A DNA stretch of 64,000 bases from a candidate division FCPU426 bacterium (lineage in GTDB: Bacteria > Oederibacteriota > Muellerivitia > Muellerivitales > Muellerivitaceae): assembly GCA_963738405.1 (NCBI GenBank), contig CAVTWJ010000018.1:32001-96000 (forward strand). Reading direction: 5' to 3'. The notes under the pieces were generated by a model that was given only the letters and a program-made list of their open reading frames with translations, was not told where the DNA came from and searched no databases. Positions within the stretch are counted from its first letter, which is position 1. The number at the start of each line of letters is the position of its first letter. Made by a program: the position numbers and the translations under genes. Below, in pieces: positions 1 through 10,130 of this stretch.

Positions 1-1630
1 TCGCCACCTTGACCTCGACGAAGGTTTCCACCCCCTCGGTTTGGAAAGATCCAGAGTTTCCATATACCCCATTGGCACTGGGGCCATAATAGGTGATCAA
101 GTTTTCAAAATCGTTGTGGAAGTAAGTGGCTCCGATCCTGACCTGGCCCGCCCAAAAGGGTTGTTCCAAGCCGAGATCGTAACTGGTATTGGATTCTGGC
201 TGGAGAGATGGATTGCCGTGGGTGGGATCATATAACTGGTACAGGGTCGGTGCCAAGAATCCGGTTCCGTAAGTGGCCTTCAGCTTTGTTTCCAAATCTG
301 GGATGAAATAGGCCGCCCCAGCTTGGTAGGTCCCATGGGTCCCATAAACGTTGTAATTATCCAACCTTCCCCCCACGTTCAAAAAAAATCCTTCATCCAG
401 CTTCGCCAGGGATTCTAGAAACCCACTATCCTCCCACTGGCTACCTTGGATAGTAGTGCCCGAGCTCGATGGGCTATTACCCCACTCCTGATATCCTTCA
501 AGCCCCAAAACCAAGGTTTCCTCCGGCAAAAGTTTTAGGTTGTTCTGCCAGGTTAACTTCCCGCTTTGACCGTCATATGAGTCGGTATAGTTGTAAGAAT
601 TAGGAGAGTCTGCGGATTGGATATCGTTGTTATCGTAATAATTGTCCATGAAGGATAAGGTTAAAGATTGTTCCCAGTTACCCAAGGTCCAGCTGGTTTT
701 ACTACCCATTAAGACCTGTTTCTGATCAATCCAATCATTAGGGTCATCCATAACGGGATCACCCAACGCCGAACCTGCCCCGTCATCAATATTGATACGG
801 GATTGGTTGTAATTCACCAATACTTCCTCACGAATATTGGAAGTCAGGGGAGCCCCTAAATGAAAAAGACTCGAGAAATCGTCATAAGGGTTATTAAGGC
901 TATTCCCAAACGCCTTGTCCGCAGTCGGAAAACCTGCCGTGCTGAAATAGGATGTATTCAAGGCGTAATCGCACTTGGAATCCCCTCCTTGGACCAAGGC
1001 CGTTTCCCGGACCGTACCATAGGACCCGCCCTCTACCAAAACTGAACCGCTGGCAGGACCTGATCCTTTCTGGGTGATAATATTAATCACTCCCGCCATG
1101 GCATTTGACCCGTAAAGTACGCTTTGGGTGCCCCTGACGACTTCTATCTGCTGCACCCCTCCCAGTGCCAACTGATCCAAATAGTCATAGGACCTGCCCG
1201 TTCCCACGGGATTGTTCATGGGAATGCCGTCCAACAACACCAAAGTGTCCCCATCATCGGATCCACGCGTGTAGATAGATGCTATCTCGCCAGGTCCGCC
1301 CGATTGTTCCAGGGTTAACCCCGGAACATCTTGCAGGGCTTCCATGGCCGTACTCGATAGCTTCTTTTCAATATCCTGCGCGGTGATGACAGTTATGGAA
1401 TTAGGCACCTGGCTGACTGGTGTGTCCAAACGGTTGGTTGTCACCACAACTTCAGGCAATGCCAATAGGACCTGAGCCGAAAAAGTATTGGTGTTGGATT
1501 CGACCGTTAGGGTATTACCAAAAGGCTCCGGAACGGGTTGGTCCGCCAAAAGGAATGAAGGAGAACCGACAGAAATAAAAAAGGCTGAAACCAAAAGAAA
1601 AATCCGGAAATAACACGAAAACTTTGACAT
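1..1630 (-). CDS. btuB: TonB-dependent cobalamin receptor (3' end outside window)
   Basis: Not in the ORF track. Manual translation from the ATG at 1630 gives MSKFSCYFRIFLLV...PEVVVTTNRLDTPVSQVPNSITVITAQDIE...IYTRGS...TLVLLDGIP...IEVVRGTQSVLYGSNAMAGVINII, i.e. a TonB box and plug domain. It lies downstream of a cobalamin riboswitch. Confidence 0.88.
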   Translation of the reverse strand, partial: MSKFSCYFRIFLLVSAFFISVGSPSFLLADQPVPEPFGNTLTVESNTNTFSAQVLLALPEVVVTTNRLDTPVSQVPNSITVITAQDIEKKLSSTAMEALQDVPGLTLEQSGGPGEIASIYTRGSDDGDTLVLLDGIPMNNPVGTGRSYDYLDQLALGGVQQIEVVRGTQSVLYGSNAMAGVINIITQKGSGPASGSVLVEGGSYGTVRETALVQGGDSKCDYALNTSYFSTAGFPTADKAFGNSLNNPYDDFSSLFHLGAPLTSNIREEVLVNYNQSRINIDDGAGSALGDPVMDDPNDWIDQKQVLMGSKTSWTLGNWEQSLTLSFMDNYYDNNDIQSADSPNSYNYTDSYDGQSGKLTWQNNLKLLPEETLVLGLEGYQEWGNSPSSSGTTIQGSQWEDSGFLESLAKLDEGFFLNVGGRLDNYNVYGTHGTYQAGAAYFIPDLETKLKATYGTGFLAPTLYQLYDPTHGNPSLQPESNTSYDLGLEQPFWAGQVRIGATYFHNDFENLITYYGPSANGVYGNSGSFQTEGVETFVEVKVA

Positions 1631-1705
1631 GAGCCCTACCCCCGAGGCCGAAGGCTTTAGGGGAAGGAGCAGGGAGAAAAACCTGAAAAAAGGGCTTAAC
1701 TCGCC

Positions 1706-1880
1706 GCTTCTTATTCCCGAAGAAGCATCCGAAAATTTCTCAAGGCCGGTCTCCTGACTTGGGGCAATTCACTCCTTGAACCTTCCCATCCCGTCTAAGG
1801 ACAGTGACTCAAAGAAAAACTTCGCCCCTCACAGTGGCGGGTCCGCGCCGGATTCGCACCGGCTTCCCGAGCACCTTAAG
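1706..1880 (-). ncRNA. Cobalamin riboswitch
   Basis: Minus strand reads AAGGTG..GGGAAGCCGGTGCGAATCCGGCGCGGACCCGCCACTGTGA...GTCACTG...GGGAAGG...AAGTCAGGAGACCGGCCTTG (B12 box). A P13-like hairpin lies at 1706-1726. Confidence 0.93.
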
Positions 1881-1889
1881 TTAAATGAT

Positions 1890-1918
1890 TTAATACGCTC
1901 CTTTATTTACACTGTCAA
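1890..1918 (-). promoter_or_regulatory. sigma70-type promoter for the btuB leader
   Basis: TTGACA-N17-TATTAA directly upstream of the riboswitch. Confidence 0.7.
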
Positions 1919-1952
1919 TGGATAAAACCACGAGACCTAAGACATCTTTTTC

Positions 1953-2813
1953 TTATTTTGAATTACCAGAAACCCCATCAAAAATCTGATCCAGTGACTG
2001 CGCCAAACTCAAAAGTGTAGGACCTGGAATTAAATTTTCATCTTTCGTCAAATAAAAAATATGGTTTTTTCTGACCGCCTTTAGGGATGTAAATTTATCC
2101 CATTCTCTCCGGGCGCTTTCCACCATGCCTTTGGTCGACTGATCGGAGGGCATGGAATCAACGATCACATCCGGATCCTGGGCGATCAATTGCTCTTTTG
2201 ATACAAGGGGATAAGGCATGGATGCGCCAGCCATGATGTTTCTTCCACCACACAAAGTAATAATTTCATCAACAAAAGATTTCGGCCCGGCCGCGTAAAT
2301 CTGTCGCAAAGTACCGGCGTCATGCCCTACCACGAAAAGAATTGATACCGTCTTTCGCTTTCTGGCTTTCTCTCGAACCTTCTCGATTCCATTCTGTAGT
2401 CTCTCTTTCGCTTTCACCGCTTTCTTTTCCCGCCCCAGCAATTGACCCAATCGATCGTAACTTTCAAACACGTCACTTAATGTGGAATCGTCCTGAACAA
2501 AAGTTGGAATTTTCAATTTCTGAAGAGTTGTAATGGTATCCCCATGAAAGGGAAGCAATAGAACCATGTCAGGCTTGAGAGAAACGATCTTTTCAATATT
2601 CGGGTTGTAAAACCCGCCCACTTTTTCCTTGGTCTTTGCTTGGGGAGGGAATCGACAATAATCAGTAACGCCGATCAACTGATCTTGAGCGCCGATGTCA
2701 TAGAGAATCTCGGTAAAATTAGGGGACATCGAAATTAATCGATGCGGGACCTCGGCGGCCCAGGTGGCATTTCCAAACCCGAGAAAAGCCACAAAGAGAA
2801 AGGTGAATTTCAC
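1953..2813 (-). CDS. btuF: Cobalamin-binding periplasmic protein
   Basis: RLISMSPNFTEILYDIG, IGVTDYCRFP and PNIEKIVSLKPD are helical-backbone metal receptor motifs. The GTG start at 2813 overlaps the bluB stop and is followed by a signal peptide. Confidence 0.85.
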   Translation of the reverse strand: MKFTFLFVAFLGFGNATWAAEVPHRLISMSPNFTEILYDIGAQDQLIGVTDYCRFPPQAKTKEKVGGFYNPNIEKIVSLKPDMVLLLPFHGDTITTLQKLKIPTFVQDDSTLSDVFESYDRLGQLLGREKKAVKAKERLQNGIEKVREKARKRKTVSILFVVGHDAGTLRQIYAAGPKSFVDEIITLCGGRNIMAGASMPYPLVSKEQLIAQDPDVIVDSMPSDQSTKGMVESARREWDKFTSLKAVRKNHIFYLTKDENLIPGPTLLSLAQSLDQIFDGVSGNSK

Positions 2814-3472
2814 AGGGTCCCTTTCCGTCCCCATTGGTCGTAATAAATAAGCTCCGACCGAGGTATCTCGGGAAGCCATCCTTTAGTTTTTAGTTCCGGT
2901 TCGAAAGAGAACTTATCGGTTTGTCCCAAGCACAAATAAGCGACAGGCACTACGCCATCTGGGAGGTTTAACAAGCCCGCGAGTTCCTCGGGTTTGATGA
3001 TACTCACCCACCCCACTCCTATTCCTTCGCAACGGGCTGCCAACCATAAATTTTGTACCGCACAAACCGCGCTATAAAGATCCATATCGGGTTGGGCCGT
3101 ACGGCCTAAGACAATGGGGCCAAACCGATTTCGGTCGCAGGTGATGCAAAGATTCAAGGCCGAATCAAGAATGCCTTCCAGTTTTAAGGCACCGTATTGT
3201 TCGGCCTTGTCCCCCTCAAACATGCTTTTTTCTTTTTCGTGGGCCCTCAAAAAAGCCTCATAGACCTTTTGCCTTAAATTCTGATCGCGAACAACTATGA
3301 AATTCCAAGGCTGGCTATAACCCACCGAGGGGGCGCACATGGCCGCTCCGAGAATCCGTTCAAGCGTTTGCGGTTCAATCGGATCTGGTTTAAAACGTCT
3401 AATATCCCGTCTTTCACGAATAACCCGGTAAATCGCGTTTCGTTCATTTTCTTCAAAGGCATGTTTGTTCAT
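2810..3472 (-). CDS. bluB: 5,6-dimethylbenzimidazole synthase (nitroreductase fold)
   Basis: IRERRDIRRF, APSVGYSQPWNF, LKLEGILDS, DLYSAVCAVQNLWLAARCEGIGVGWVSI. Alternative start at 3523. Confidence 0.9.
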   Translation of the reverse strand: MNKHAFEENERNAIYRVIRERRDIRRFKPDPIEPQTLERILGAAMCAPSVGYSQPWNFIVVRDQNLRQKVYEAFLRAHEKEKSMFEGDKAEQYGALKLEGILDSALNLCITCDRNRFGPIVLGRTAQPDMDLYSAVCAVQNLWLAARCEGIGVGWVSIIKPEELAGLLNLPDGVVPVAYLCLGQTDKFSFEPELKTKGWLPEIPRSELIYYDQWGRKGTL

Positions 3473-3519
3473 GGTGTCCGGGAGGGACTTAAATGCTCCT
3501 CCCTTTGCCCTCCTTGCTA

Positions 3520-4533
3520 TCAACTTTGGACGTAGGTTCTTCTTTTAAAAAGAAGAATTAACAACACCGGCACCCCTACCAAAGCGGTCAATACGCCCAC
3601 AGGTAACTCAGTCGCTCCGAATAGGGATCGGCAAAGGGTATCGCAGAGCATTAAAAAGGTCGCCCCTCCCAGGGCGCTTGCCACTAGCAATCCCCGGTGA
3701 TCATTTCCCAAAAGTAACCGGCAAACGTGGGGAACAATCAAGCCCACAAAGGCAATGGGCCCGGTCTGGGCCACCACCGCGCTGGTTAAAAAGGACGCGG
3801 AAAAAACGGACAGCAATATGACTTGGACTGTTGGCACACCCTTAACCCGGGCTAATTCTTCTCCCGCTGAAAGAAGGTTTAATTCTCGGGAAAAGGAAAA
3901 AAGAATTAAAAAAACCACAATGAAAACTATGCCGATACCCATCACCGATGCAAAATCCACCACATCCAAGCTTCCCATCAACCAATGCATCATTGCGAAA
4001 CTTTGGGAAAAATCCGCCGTGAAGTAGAAAAGAAGAACAAGGGCATTAAAAAAATAATTGATTCCAACCCCCGCCAAAAGAAGAGTCGTAGCAGAAAAAG
4101 AACGGATTAAGGAAGCAAGGGAATAAACCATTCCAATGGAAAGAAGAGCGCCCGCAAACGCAAATAAAGTAACTAGGGAAATTCCACAAAAACCCTCCGT
4201 CAACCCCAGCCCAATCGCCGCCACCGCCCCAAATGAGCTTCCGCCCGCAATTCCCAAGGTAAAGGGACAAGCCAGGGGATTTCGTAAAACTGCCTGAAAG
4301 ACCACCCCCGCCACGGCCATGGCGGCCCCCGTCAAAGCCGCCAAAAGATTCCTGGCTAATCGAACTTGAAAAAATATCTGGGCATCTTGGTTTCCGAAAT
4401 CTGGGGGCCAATCACGAAACACCTTGGAGAACGAAATGGAAGTCGAACCCAACAAAGGGCAACCAATTAAAACTATAAGAAATCCGGCGAAGATTAAAAA
4501 AAGAACCAGTTTTCTTTGATCGGAAGAAATCAT
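3520..4533 (-). CDS. btuC: Cobalamin/iron-chelate ABC transporter permease (FecCD family)
   Basis: QAVLRNPLACPFTLGIAGG, GPIAFVGLIVPH, ELPVGVLTALVG. Confidence 0.88.
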   Translation of the reverse strand: MISSDQRKLVLFLIFAGFLIVLIGCPLLGSTSISFSKVFRDWPPDFGNQDAQIFFQVRLARNLLAALTGAAMAVAGVVFQAVLRNPLACPFTLGIAGGSSFGAVAAIGLGLTEGFCGISLVTLFAFAGALLSIGMVYSLASLIRSFSATTLLLAGVGINYFFNALVLLFYFTADFSQSFAMMHWLMGSLDVVDFASVMGIGIVFIVVFLILFSFSRELNLLSAGEELARVKGVPTVQVILLSVFSASFLTSAVVAQTGPIAFVGLIVPHVCRLLLGNDHRGLLVASALGGATFLMLCDTLCRSLFGATELPVGVLTALVGVPVLLILLFKRRTYVQS

Positions 4534-5339
4534 TTGGTTTTAACCTTTTTTTTTCTTTCCTGAGCGCGGGGAATGAAAAAAGGCATTTCCCCCCGTAAAC
4601 GAATCGGCACGACCTTTACCCCATGAAGGGATTGAATGGCGTCAGGGGTTAAAACTTTAGCCGCTCGGCCATCGGCCAAAACTTTTCCTTCTTTCATTAA
4701 AACGAGCCGATTCAAGTAGCGGCCAGCTAGGTTCAGTTCATGGGTGGCGACGATGACGGTTAAATCTTCTTCTCGATGAAGTTTCTGGATAATTTCGAAA
4801 AGGAGAATTTGATGAGAAAGGTCCAGGGATAAGGTCGGCTCATCTAAGAGAAGTAGCTGCGGCTTCTGGGCCAGGGCCGAGGCCAGAAGAACCCTTTGCT
4901 TTTCTCCTCCCGAAAGCTCTTCATAAAACCTATTTTTAAAACCAAGCGCATCGCAAAGGTCCAAAGCTCTTTCGCATACGAACTGGTCATTTTTCCCTAG
5001 CGGCTCAAACCGCCCAAGATGGGGGTGGCGACCCATCTCCACAATTTCCAGGACACTTAGGGGAAAAGTGAAGTGAAGCGATTGGGGAACATAAGCTATT
5101 TTCTTTGCCCTTTCACGCACCGGAATGCTTTTAAGCATTTGGTTCTCATAATAAATTTTCCCTGTCCGGGGGGATAGGAGACCCGACACTATTTTCAGAA
5201 GTGTGGACTTTCCAGCGCCATTAGGGCCCAACAGCCCAACAAGCTCACCTTTGCGGATGGAAAGATTCGTGGAATGAAGTTCAAATTGGGAATGGGCCGG
5301 ATAGCGGAAGGATAGGCTTTGAATTTCAAGGAGTGACAT
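4530..5339 (-). CDS. btuD: Cobalamin/iron-chelate ABC transporter ATPase
   Basis: Walker A GPNGAGKS, signature LSGGE, Walker B LLLLDEPT. The ATG at 5339 follows GGGGAAAG (track start 5357). Confidence 0.88.
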   Translation of the reverse strand: MSLLEIQSLSFRYPAHSQFELHSTNLSIRKGELVGLLGPNGAGKSTLLKIVSGLLSPRTGKIYYENQMLKSIPVRERAKKIAYVPQSLHFTFPLSVLEIVEMGRHPHLGRFEPLGKNDQFVCERALDLCDALGFKNRFYEELSGGEKQRVLLASALAQKPQLLLLDEPTLSLDLSHQILLFEIIQKLHREEDLTVIVATHELNLAGRYLNRLVLMKEGKVLADGRAAKVLTPDAIQSLHGVKVVPIRLRGEMPFFIPRAQERKKKVKTK

Positions 5340-5421
5340 GCTTTCCCCAAGCTTCATCTTTCATTTGCAAAGCTGAGGGAGGGAAGACTTCTTTGGATGG
5401 ATTAGGTCGAAAAGAAGCACA

Positions 5422-5614
5422 AAGCCCATTCCTCGAGGCTTGCTTTCCATGCCGAACCACAAAAATTCGGCGTTTCATCCAAGGCCGGTATCCTGACTCG
5501 GGATTTGCTTTTCGGGTCTTCCCGTCTTATCGACAGTGACCTTCGAAAAAAATCGTGCATCCCTTACAGTGGCGGGTCCGCACCGGATTTGCACCGGTTT
5601 CCCGAACACCTTGA
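5422..5614 (-). ncRNA. Cobalamin riboswitch
   Basis: Minus strand reads AAGGTGTTCGGGAAACCGGTGCAAATCCGGTGCGGACCCGCCACTGTAA...GTCACTG...GGGAAG...GAGTCAGGATACCGGCCTTG. A P13-like hairpin lies at 5422-5441. Confidence 0.93.
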
Positions 5615-5622
5615 ACGGGGCT

Positions 5623-5651
5623 ATTAAAGAGGGAGCCTAGAAGGCTGTCAA
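5623..5651 (-). promoter_or_regulatory. sigma70-type promoter for btuD-btuC-bluB-btuF
   Basis: TTGACA-N17-TTTAAT directly upstream of the riboswitch. Confidence 0.7.
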
Positions 5652-5792
5652 GGATGCCTTTTTTGATGCTCCGGGGGATAATGAAACATAGGCAAAATGA
5701 AGATGACTCTCCTCATAAAATATTTTTTGATTGGTATTTATAAGATTCTTTTCAGGTTTAGATGAAGTTTTCAAGAATCAAAAGGAGAGGCT

Positions 5793-7133
5793 ATGGACGC
5801 CTTGATGTTGGCCCGGGCGCAGTTTGGCTTCACCATCGCATTCCATTACATTTTTCCCCCTTTTAGCATTGGACTGGGTCTGATCCTAGTAATTATGGAA
5901 GGGCTTTACTATTTCACCAAAAAAACACTTTACCTTGAGATGGCCAAGTTTTGGACTCGCATCTTCGGCTTGGTTTTTGCCATTGGCGTGGCTACTGGCA
6001 TAGTCATGGAATTTCAATTCGGTACCAACTGGTCCAATTATTCCCGGTTCGTGGGGGATGTTTTCGGCAGCGCATTGGCGGCAGAGGGTGTTTTCGCTTT
6101 TTTTCTTGAATCGGGATTTCTCGCCCTTCTTCTCTTCGGGTGGGACCGCTTGGGTCGTGGAACCCATCTCTTTTCAACCATTATGGTTTGTTTTGGCGCA
6201 CACTTCAGCGCCGTTTGGATTGTGATTGCCAATTCCTGGCAGCAAACACCTGCGGGATATCATTTGGTGGGGGAAGGTTCCTCTTTACGCGCTCAAATAA
6301 CTGACTTCTGGCAGTTGGTCTTCAATCCTTCTTCGATGGATCGTATCTTTCACGTCTATATGGGAGCTTGGCAGGCTGGAGCCTTCGCGGTTTTAAGCGT
6401 CAGCGCTTATTACCTTCTTCGTAATAAAAATCAGGAATTCGCAAAGGCATCCTTAAAAATTGCTTTGGGAGTCGCTTGCATCGCTTCTCTTTTGCAGCTG
6501 GTATCGGGTCATCACAGCGGTCAGGTGGTGGCACAAACCCAGCCGGCCAAATTAGCCGCTTATGAAGGGCATTTCCCGGCCTTGGCTCCAGCGGATGGAT
6601 ATGTGGTGGGGTGGGTGGATGAAAAGGGTGAAAAAACACACGGTTTGGCCATATCAGGCCTTTTAAGTTACTTGGTGTCTGGAAATTTCAATGCTCCCGT
6701 CACGGGTTTATCCGCTTTCGCGCCTAATAAAAGACCGCCTGTCAATTTTGTTTTTCAAACCTTCCACGCCATGATCAGCATCGGCATTTTGTTGATTCTT
6801 ATCGCATGGACGGCGGCGTTTTTATTATGGCAAAAAAAACTTTATCAAACCCGATGGTTTCTTTGGGTATTGGTCTTTTCGGTCCTCCTACCCCAAGCGG
6901 CGAATCAGTTAGGCTGGTTTTCCGCAGAAGTGGGCCGCCAGCCCTACATCGTTTACAACCTCATGACGACGGCGGAAGGCCTTTCCAAAACTGTGACCGC
7001 CAATGAAATTTTAGCCTCATTGATTCTCTTTACTTTGATATATCTGCTCTTGTTCGTTCTTTTTATCTATCTCTTAAATGACAAGATCCAACATGGTCTT
7101 CACATGAAAGTGGAGGAAGGGCACCGCGCATGA
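5793..7133 (+). CDS. cydA: Cytochrome bd ubiquinol oxidase subunit I
   Basis: [58 protein letters not shown]. Confidence 0.96.
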   Translation: MDALMLARAQFGFTIAFHYIFPPFSIGLGLILVIMEGLYYFTKKTLYLEMAKFWTRIFGLVFAIGVATGIVMEFQFGTNWSNYSRFVGDVFGSALAAEGVFAFFLESGFLALLLFGWDRLGRGTHLFSTIMVCFGAHFSAVWIVIANSWQQTPAGYHLVGEGSSLRAQITDFWQLVFNPSSMDRIFHVYMGAWQAGAFAVLSVSAYYLLRNKNQEFAKASLKIALGVACIASLLQLVSGHHSGQVVAQTQPAKLAAYEGHFPALAPADGYVVGWVDEKGEKTHGLAISGLLSYLVSGNFNAPVTGLSAFAPNKRPPVNFVFQTFHAMISIGILLILIAWTAAFLLWQKKLYQTRWFLWVLVFSVLLPQAANQLGWFSAEVGRQPYIVYNLMTTAEGLSKTVTANEILASLILFTLIYLLLFVLFIYLLNDKIQHGLHMKVEEGHRA

Positions 7134-8152
7134 ATTTCGATTATCAAACCCTGTGGTACATTCTGGTGGGAGTTCTTTTCATGGGATATGCCATCCTAGA
7201 CGGTTTTGATTTGGGTATTGGGGCATTACACCTATTCGTGAAAGAAGACAGAGACCGTCGGATTTTTTTGAACGCCATTGGACCTATTTGGGATGGTAAT
7301 GAAGTTTGGTTGGTGACAGGCGGCGGAGCGCTCTTTGCGGCTTTTCCGGAAGTCTACGCGACCGTCTTTTCCGGGTTTTATCTGGCCTTCATGTTATTAC
7401 TGGTGGCTCTCATCTTCCGGGCAGTGGCGATCGAATTTCGCAGTAAACAATCTATGTCTTGGTGGCGGCAGCTCTGGGATGTGAGTTTTTCTGTTTCCAG
7501 CATTGTTTCCAGTCTCCTCGTGGGCGTGGCTATGGGTAATATCGCCTGGGGAATTCCTTTAGGGACCGACCATGAGTATGCGGGAACTTTCTTAGGGTTA
7601 TTAAATCCTTACTCCCTTTTGCTGGGTGTGACCACCCTAGCCCTCTTCATGATGCATGGTTCCATTTATATTGTCTTGAAGACCGAGGGCCCCCTGCAAG
7701 AAAGATTGAAGGGCTGGGTCAAGAACACCATGATTTTTTTCATTCTTCTCTATGCGGTTATCACAATCGCCACACTTCTCTACGCGCCACACATGCTCAC
7801 GACACTTCAAACCCATCCGGTTCTTTTTATCGTTCCCGTTTTAAGCATTTTAGCCATCGCCAATATTCCCCGGAACGTTAGCCGGGGACAAGGCTTTGGA
7901 GCGTTTCTTTCATCTTGCGCGGCTTGCGCAAGTCTGATGGCGCTTTTTGGAATTGGAATGTATCCAAACATGGTTTTCTCAAATCCTTCACCAGAAAACA
8001 GCCTTACCATTTATAACGCCTGCTCCTCCCTCAAGACGCTTCAAATCATGACGGTCATCGCGGCAATAGGAATGCCATTGGTTCTTTCCTACACAGCCAG
8101 CATCTATTGGGTGTTCAGGGGAAAAGTAAAGTTGGACGCAAACAGTTATTAA
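7130..8152 (+). CDS. cydB: Cytochrome bd ubiquinol oxidase subunit II
   Basis: YAILDGFDLGIG, IGPIWDGNEVWLVTGGGALFAAFP. ATGA overlap with cydA. Confidence 0.96.
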   Translation: MNFDYQTLWYILVGVLFMGYAILDGFDLGIGALHLFVKEDRDRRIFLNAIGPIWDGNEVWLVTGGGALFAAFPEVYATVFSGFYLAFMLLLVALIFRAVAIEFRSKQSMSWWRQLWDVSFSVSSIVSSLLVGVAMGNIAWGIPLGTDHEYAGTFLGLLNPYSLLLGVTTLALFMMHGSIYIVLKTEGPLQERLKGWVKNTMIFFILLYAVITIATLLYAPHMLTTLQTHPVLFIVPVLSILAIANIPRNVSRGQGFGAFLSSCAACASLMALFGIGMYPNMVFSNPSPENSLTIYNACSSLKTLQIMTVIAAIGMPLVLSYTASIYWVFRGKVKLDANSY

Positions 8153-8406
8153 AAGTTTTCCATACCTCCCTAGCATTTCTATTTTCATTTATTCCTGTTC
8201 GTGTCAAGAACGCGCTCTCTTTAAATGAAAAATATTTTTTGTTCTACTTCTTAAAATTTTCTTGACTTGGGCGTTAAAAGGTTTAAAAGAGGGGAGCTAG
8301 TTAACTTTTTGAAAACTTAACGGACACCCAATAAAATTTTTTCGTTCTCGCTTAGTTCTTTCCGCGAATCACGAAAAAATTTTTTCGTCTCGGATGGTTT
8401 AAAAAA

Positions 8407-8640
8407 GTGAATTTGTGAATTGATGTGAATAAGCGGTGAATAAGATTTAAGCCACACGGGGTTAAGTTCAAACACGGATCAACAGTTTGAGTCTTAATTT
8501 CGTAATGAAAAATACTTTTGAATTGCAAAAGTTGTCCACAGCTCTATTCACAATTGTGAATAACTGAAAAACCAACAAAATGGCCTAAATTAGCCATTAA
8601 TTTCGTGTAAAGTACGGTTGGGGATAGTACGGGGATAACC
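8407..8640. promoter_or_regulatory. DnaA-box cluster upstream of dnaA (oriC part 1 / dnaA autoregulation)
   Basis: TGTGAATAA 8424-8432, TTGTCCACA 8532-8540, CTATTCACA 8544-8552, TGTGAATAA 8555-8563, plus degenerate GGGGATA boxes in an AT-rich intergenic region. Confidence 0.8.
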
Positions 8641-8711
8641 CAATTTCCGAAAGACAAAACGGGGCTTTTTAAAGGGATATCTGAGTTTTTTAGCGTTTGG
8701 GAGGCTTGTGG

Positions 8712-10097
8712 ATGAGTGTTACTGCAGATCTTTGGGATCGTTGCCTCGAAAACCTAAAAAAAGACTTAAATCAACAGAGTTTTGAAACCTGGTTTAAGGT
8801 CACTAAAGCTTCGGTTCGCGAAAAAACACTTCATGTTCAGGTTCCCAATGAATTTTTCAGGGACTGGATACGCGATCATTATCAGCCTCAGATTCAAAAG
8901 GCACTTAACCTCGTTCATCCAGAGCAATTGGAAATTCAATTTGAGATTGAAAACTCTGGTTTCTCTACCAATACAAATTCAACCCAAATCACACCAACAT
9001 TAAACATGGAAGTCGCTGAAAAGCCCCGAAACAACCCCTTAAATCCGAAAATTTCTAATGATTCTGAATTTACGCTGAATTCAAAGTTTAACTTTGAAAG
9101 CTTCGTCGTAGGTAATAGCAATCGATTCTCACACGCCGCCTGCCTAGCAGTTGCGGAATCACCCGCGAGATCCTATAACCCCTTGTTTATCTATGGCGGG
9201 GTCGGTCTTGGAAAAACTCACCTTCTTCAAGCTATTGGAAACTTTGTAATGACTCAAAACCCCCTCTCCCGAGTTCTTTACTTATCAAGCGAAAAGTTCA
9301 TGAACGACTTTATTCAAGCGATTCAATCGGGCAGACAACAGGATTTTCGTAATAAATACCGCACCGTTGACGTGCTTTTAATTGACGATATTCAGTTCTG
9401 GGAAGGAAAAGAAGCCACTCAAGAAGAGTTTTTTCATACTTTCAACGTCTTGTACGAGGCCCAAAAACAAATAGTCGCCACCTCCGATAGCCATCCGAAA
9501 GAAATTAAACTGGAAGAAAGGCTTAAGAACCGTTTTGAAATGGGACTCATAACGGATATTCAAGAACCGGATCTAGAAACGCGGATTGCCATCCTCAGAA
9601 AAAAAGCTGAAAACGAAGGAATTCTTGTTCCTAACGAGGTTACAACCTTCATTGCCAATCACGCTAAGGCGAATATCCGTGAACTTGAGGGCGCTATGCT
9701 ACGTGTCATCGCTTTCGCGTCTCTTACACGGCAAGAAGTGTCACTCAACCTGGCGAAGGAAATCCTAAAGGATACGTTCCCCAACGAGGATAAAAGGGTT
9801 TCCGTGGAAGATATTCAAAGAATTGTTGCGGATCGATATCACTGCCGATTTTCGGACATGAAATCTCGAAAGAGAACCAAGCAGATTGCTTTTCCAAGAC
9901 AAATCGCCATGTATCTCTCCCGAGAATTAACTCCCCATTCCCTCAGTGAAATTGGTGCAGCTTTCGGCGGTAAAGACCACACCACAATCATTCACGCCTA
10001 TGAAAAAATTGAAGATCTTCTTGTTTCGGATATCGCGCTCTTAGCAGAAGTAAATAGCCTTAAAAAACAACTTACCGACGGAAACTTCTCTTCCTAA
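8712..10097 (+). CDS. dnaA: Chromosomal replication initiator DnaA
   Basis: YNPLFIYGGVGLGKTHLL, LLIDDIQF, QEEFFHTFN, NIRELEGA, FGGKDHTTIIHA. The ATG at 8712 follows GGAGG. Confidence 0.98.
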   Translation: MSVTADLWDRCLENLKKDLNQQSFETWFKVTKASVREKTLHVQVPNEFFRDWIRDHYQPQIQKALNLVHPEQLEIQFEIENSGFSTNTNSTQITPTLNMEVAEKPRNNPLNPKISNDSEFTLNSKFNFESFVVGNSNRFSHAACLAVAESPARSYNPLFIYGGVGLGKTHLLQAIGNFVMTQNPLSRVLYLSSEKFMNDFIQAIQSGRQQDFRNKYRTVDVLLIDDIQFWEGKEATQEEFFHTFNVLYEAQKQIVATSDSHPKEIKLEERLKNRFEMGLITDIQEPDLETRIAILRKKAENEGILVPNEVTTFIANHAKANIRELEGAMLRVIAFASLTRQEVSLNLAKEILKDTFPNEDKRVSVEDIQRIVADRYHCRFSDMKSRKRTKQIAFPRQIAMYLSRELTPHSLSEIGAAFGGKDHTTIIHAYEKIEDLLVSDIALLAEVNSLKKQLTDGNFSS

Positions 10098-10130
10098 ACT
10101 TCTTTAACTAAATCCTTTCTAACTAGAACC

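Noticed and set aside
3480..3503. GGGAGG/CCTCCC hairpin before bluB as a regulatory element
   Set aside because: It is a 6-bp stem and the bluB start is uncertain, so a function cannot be supported.
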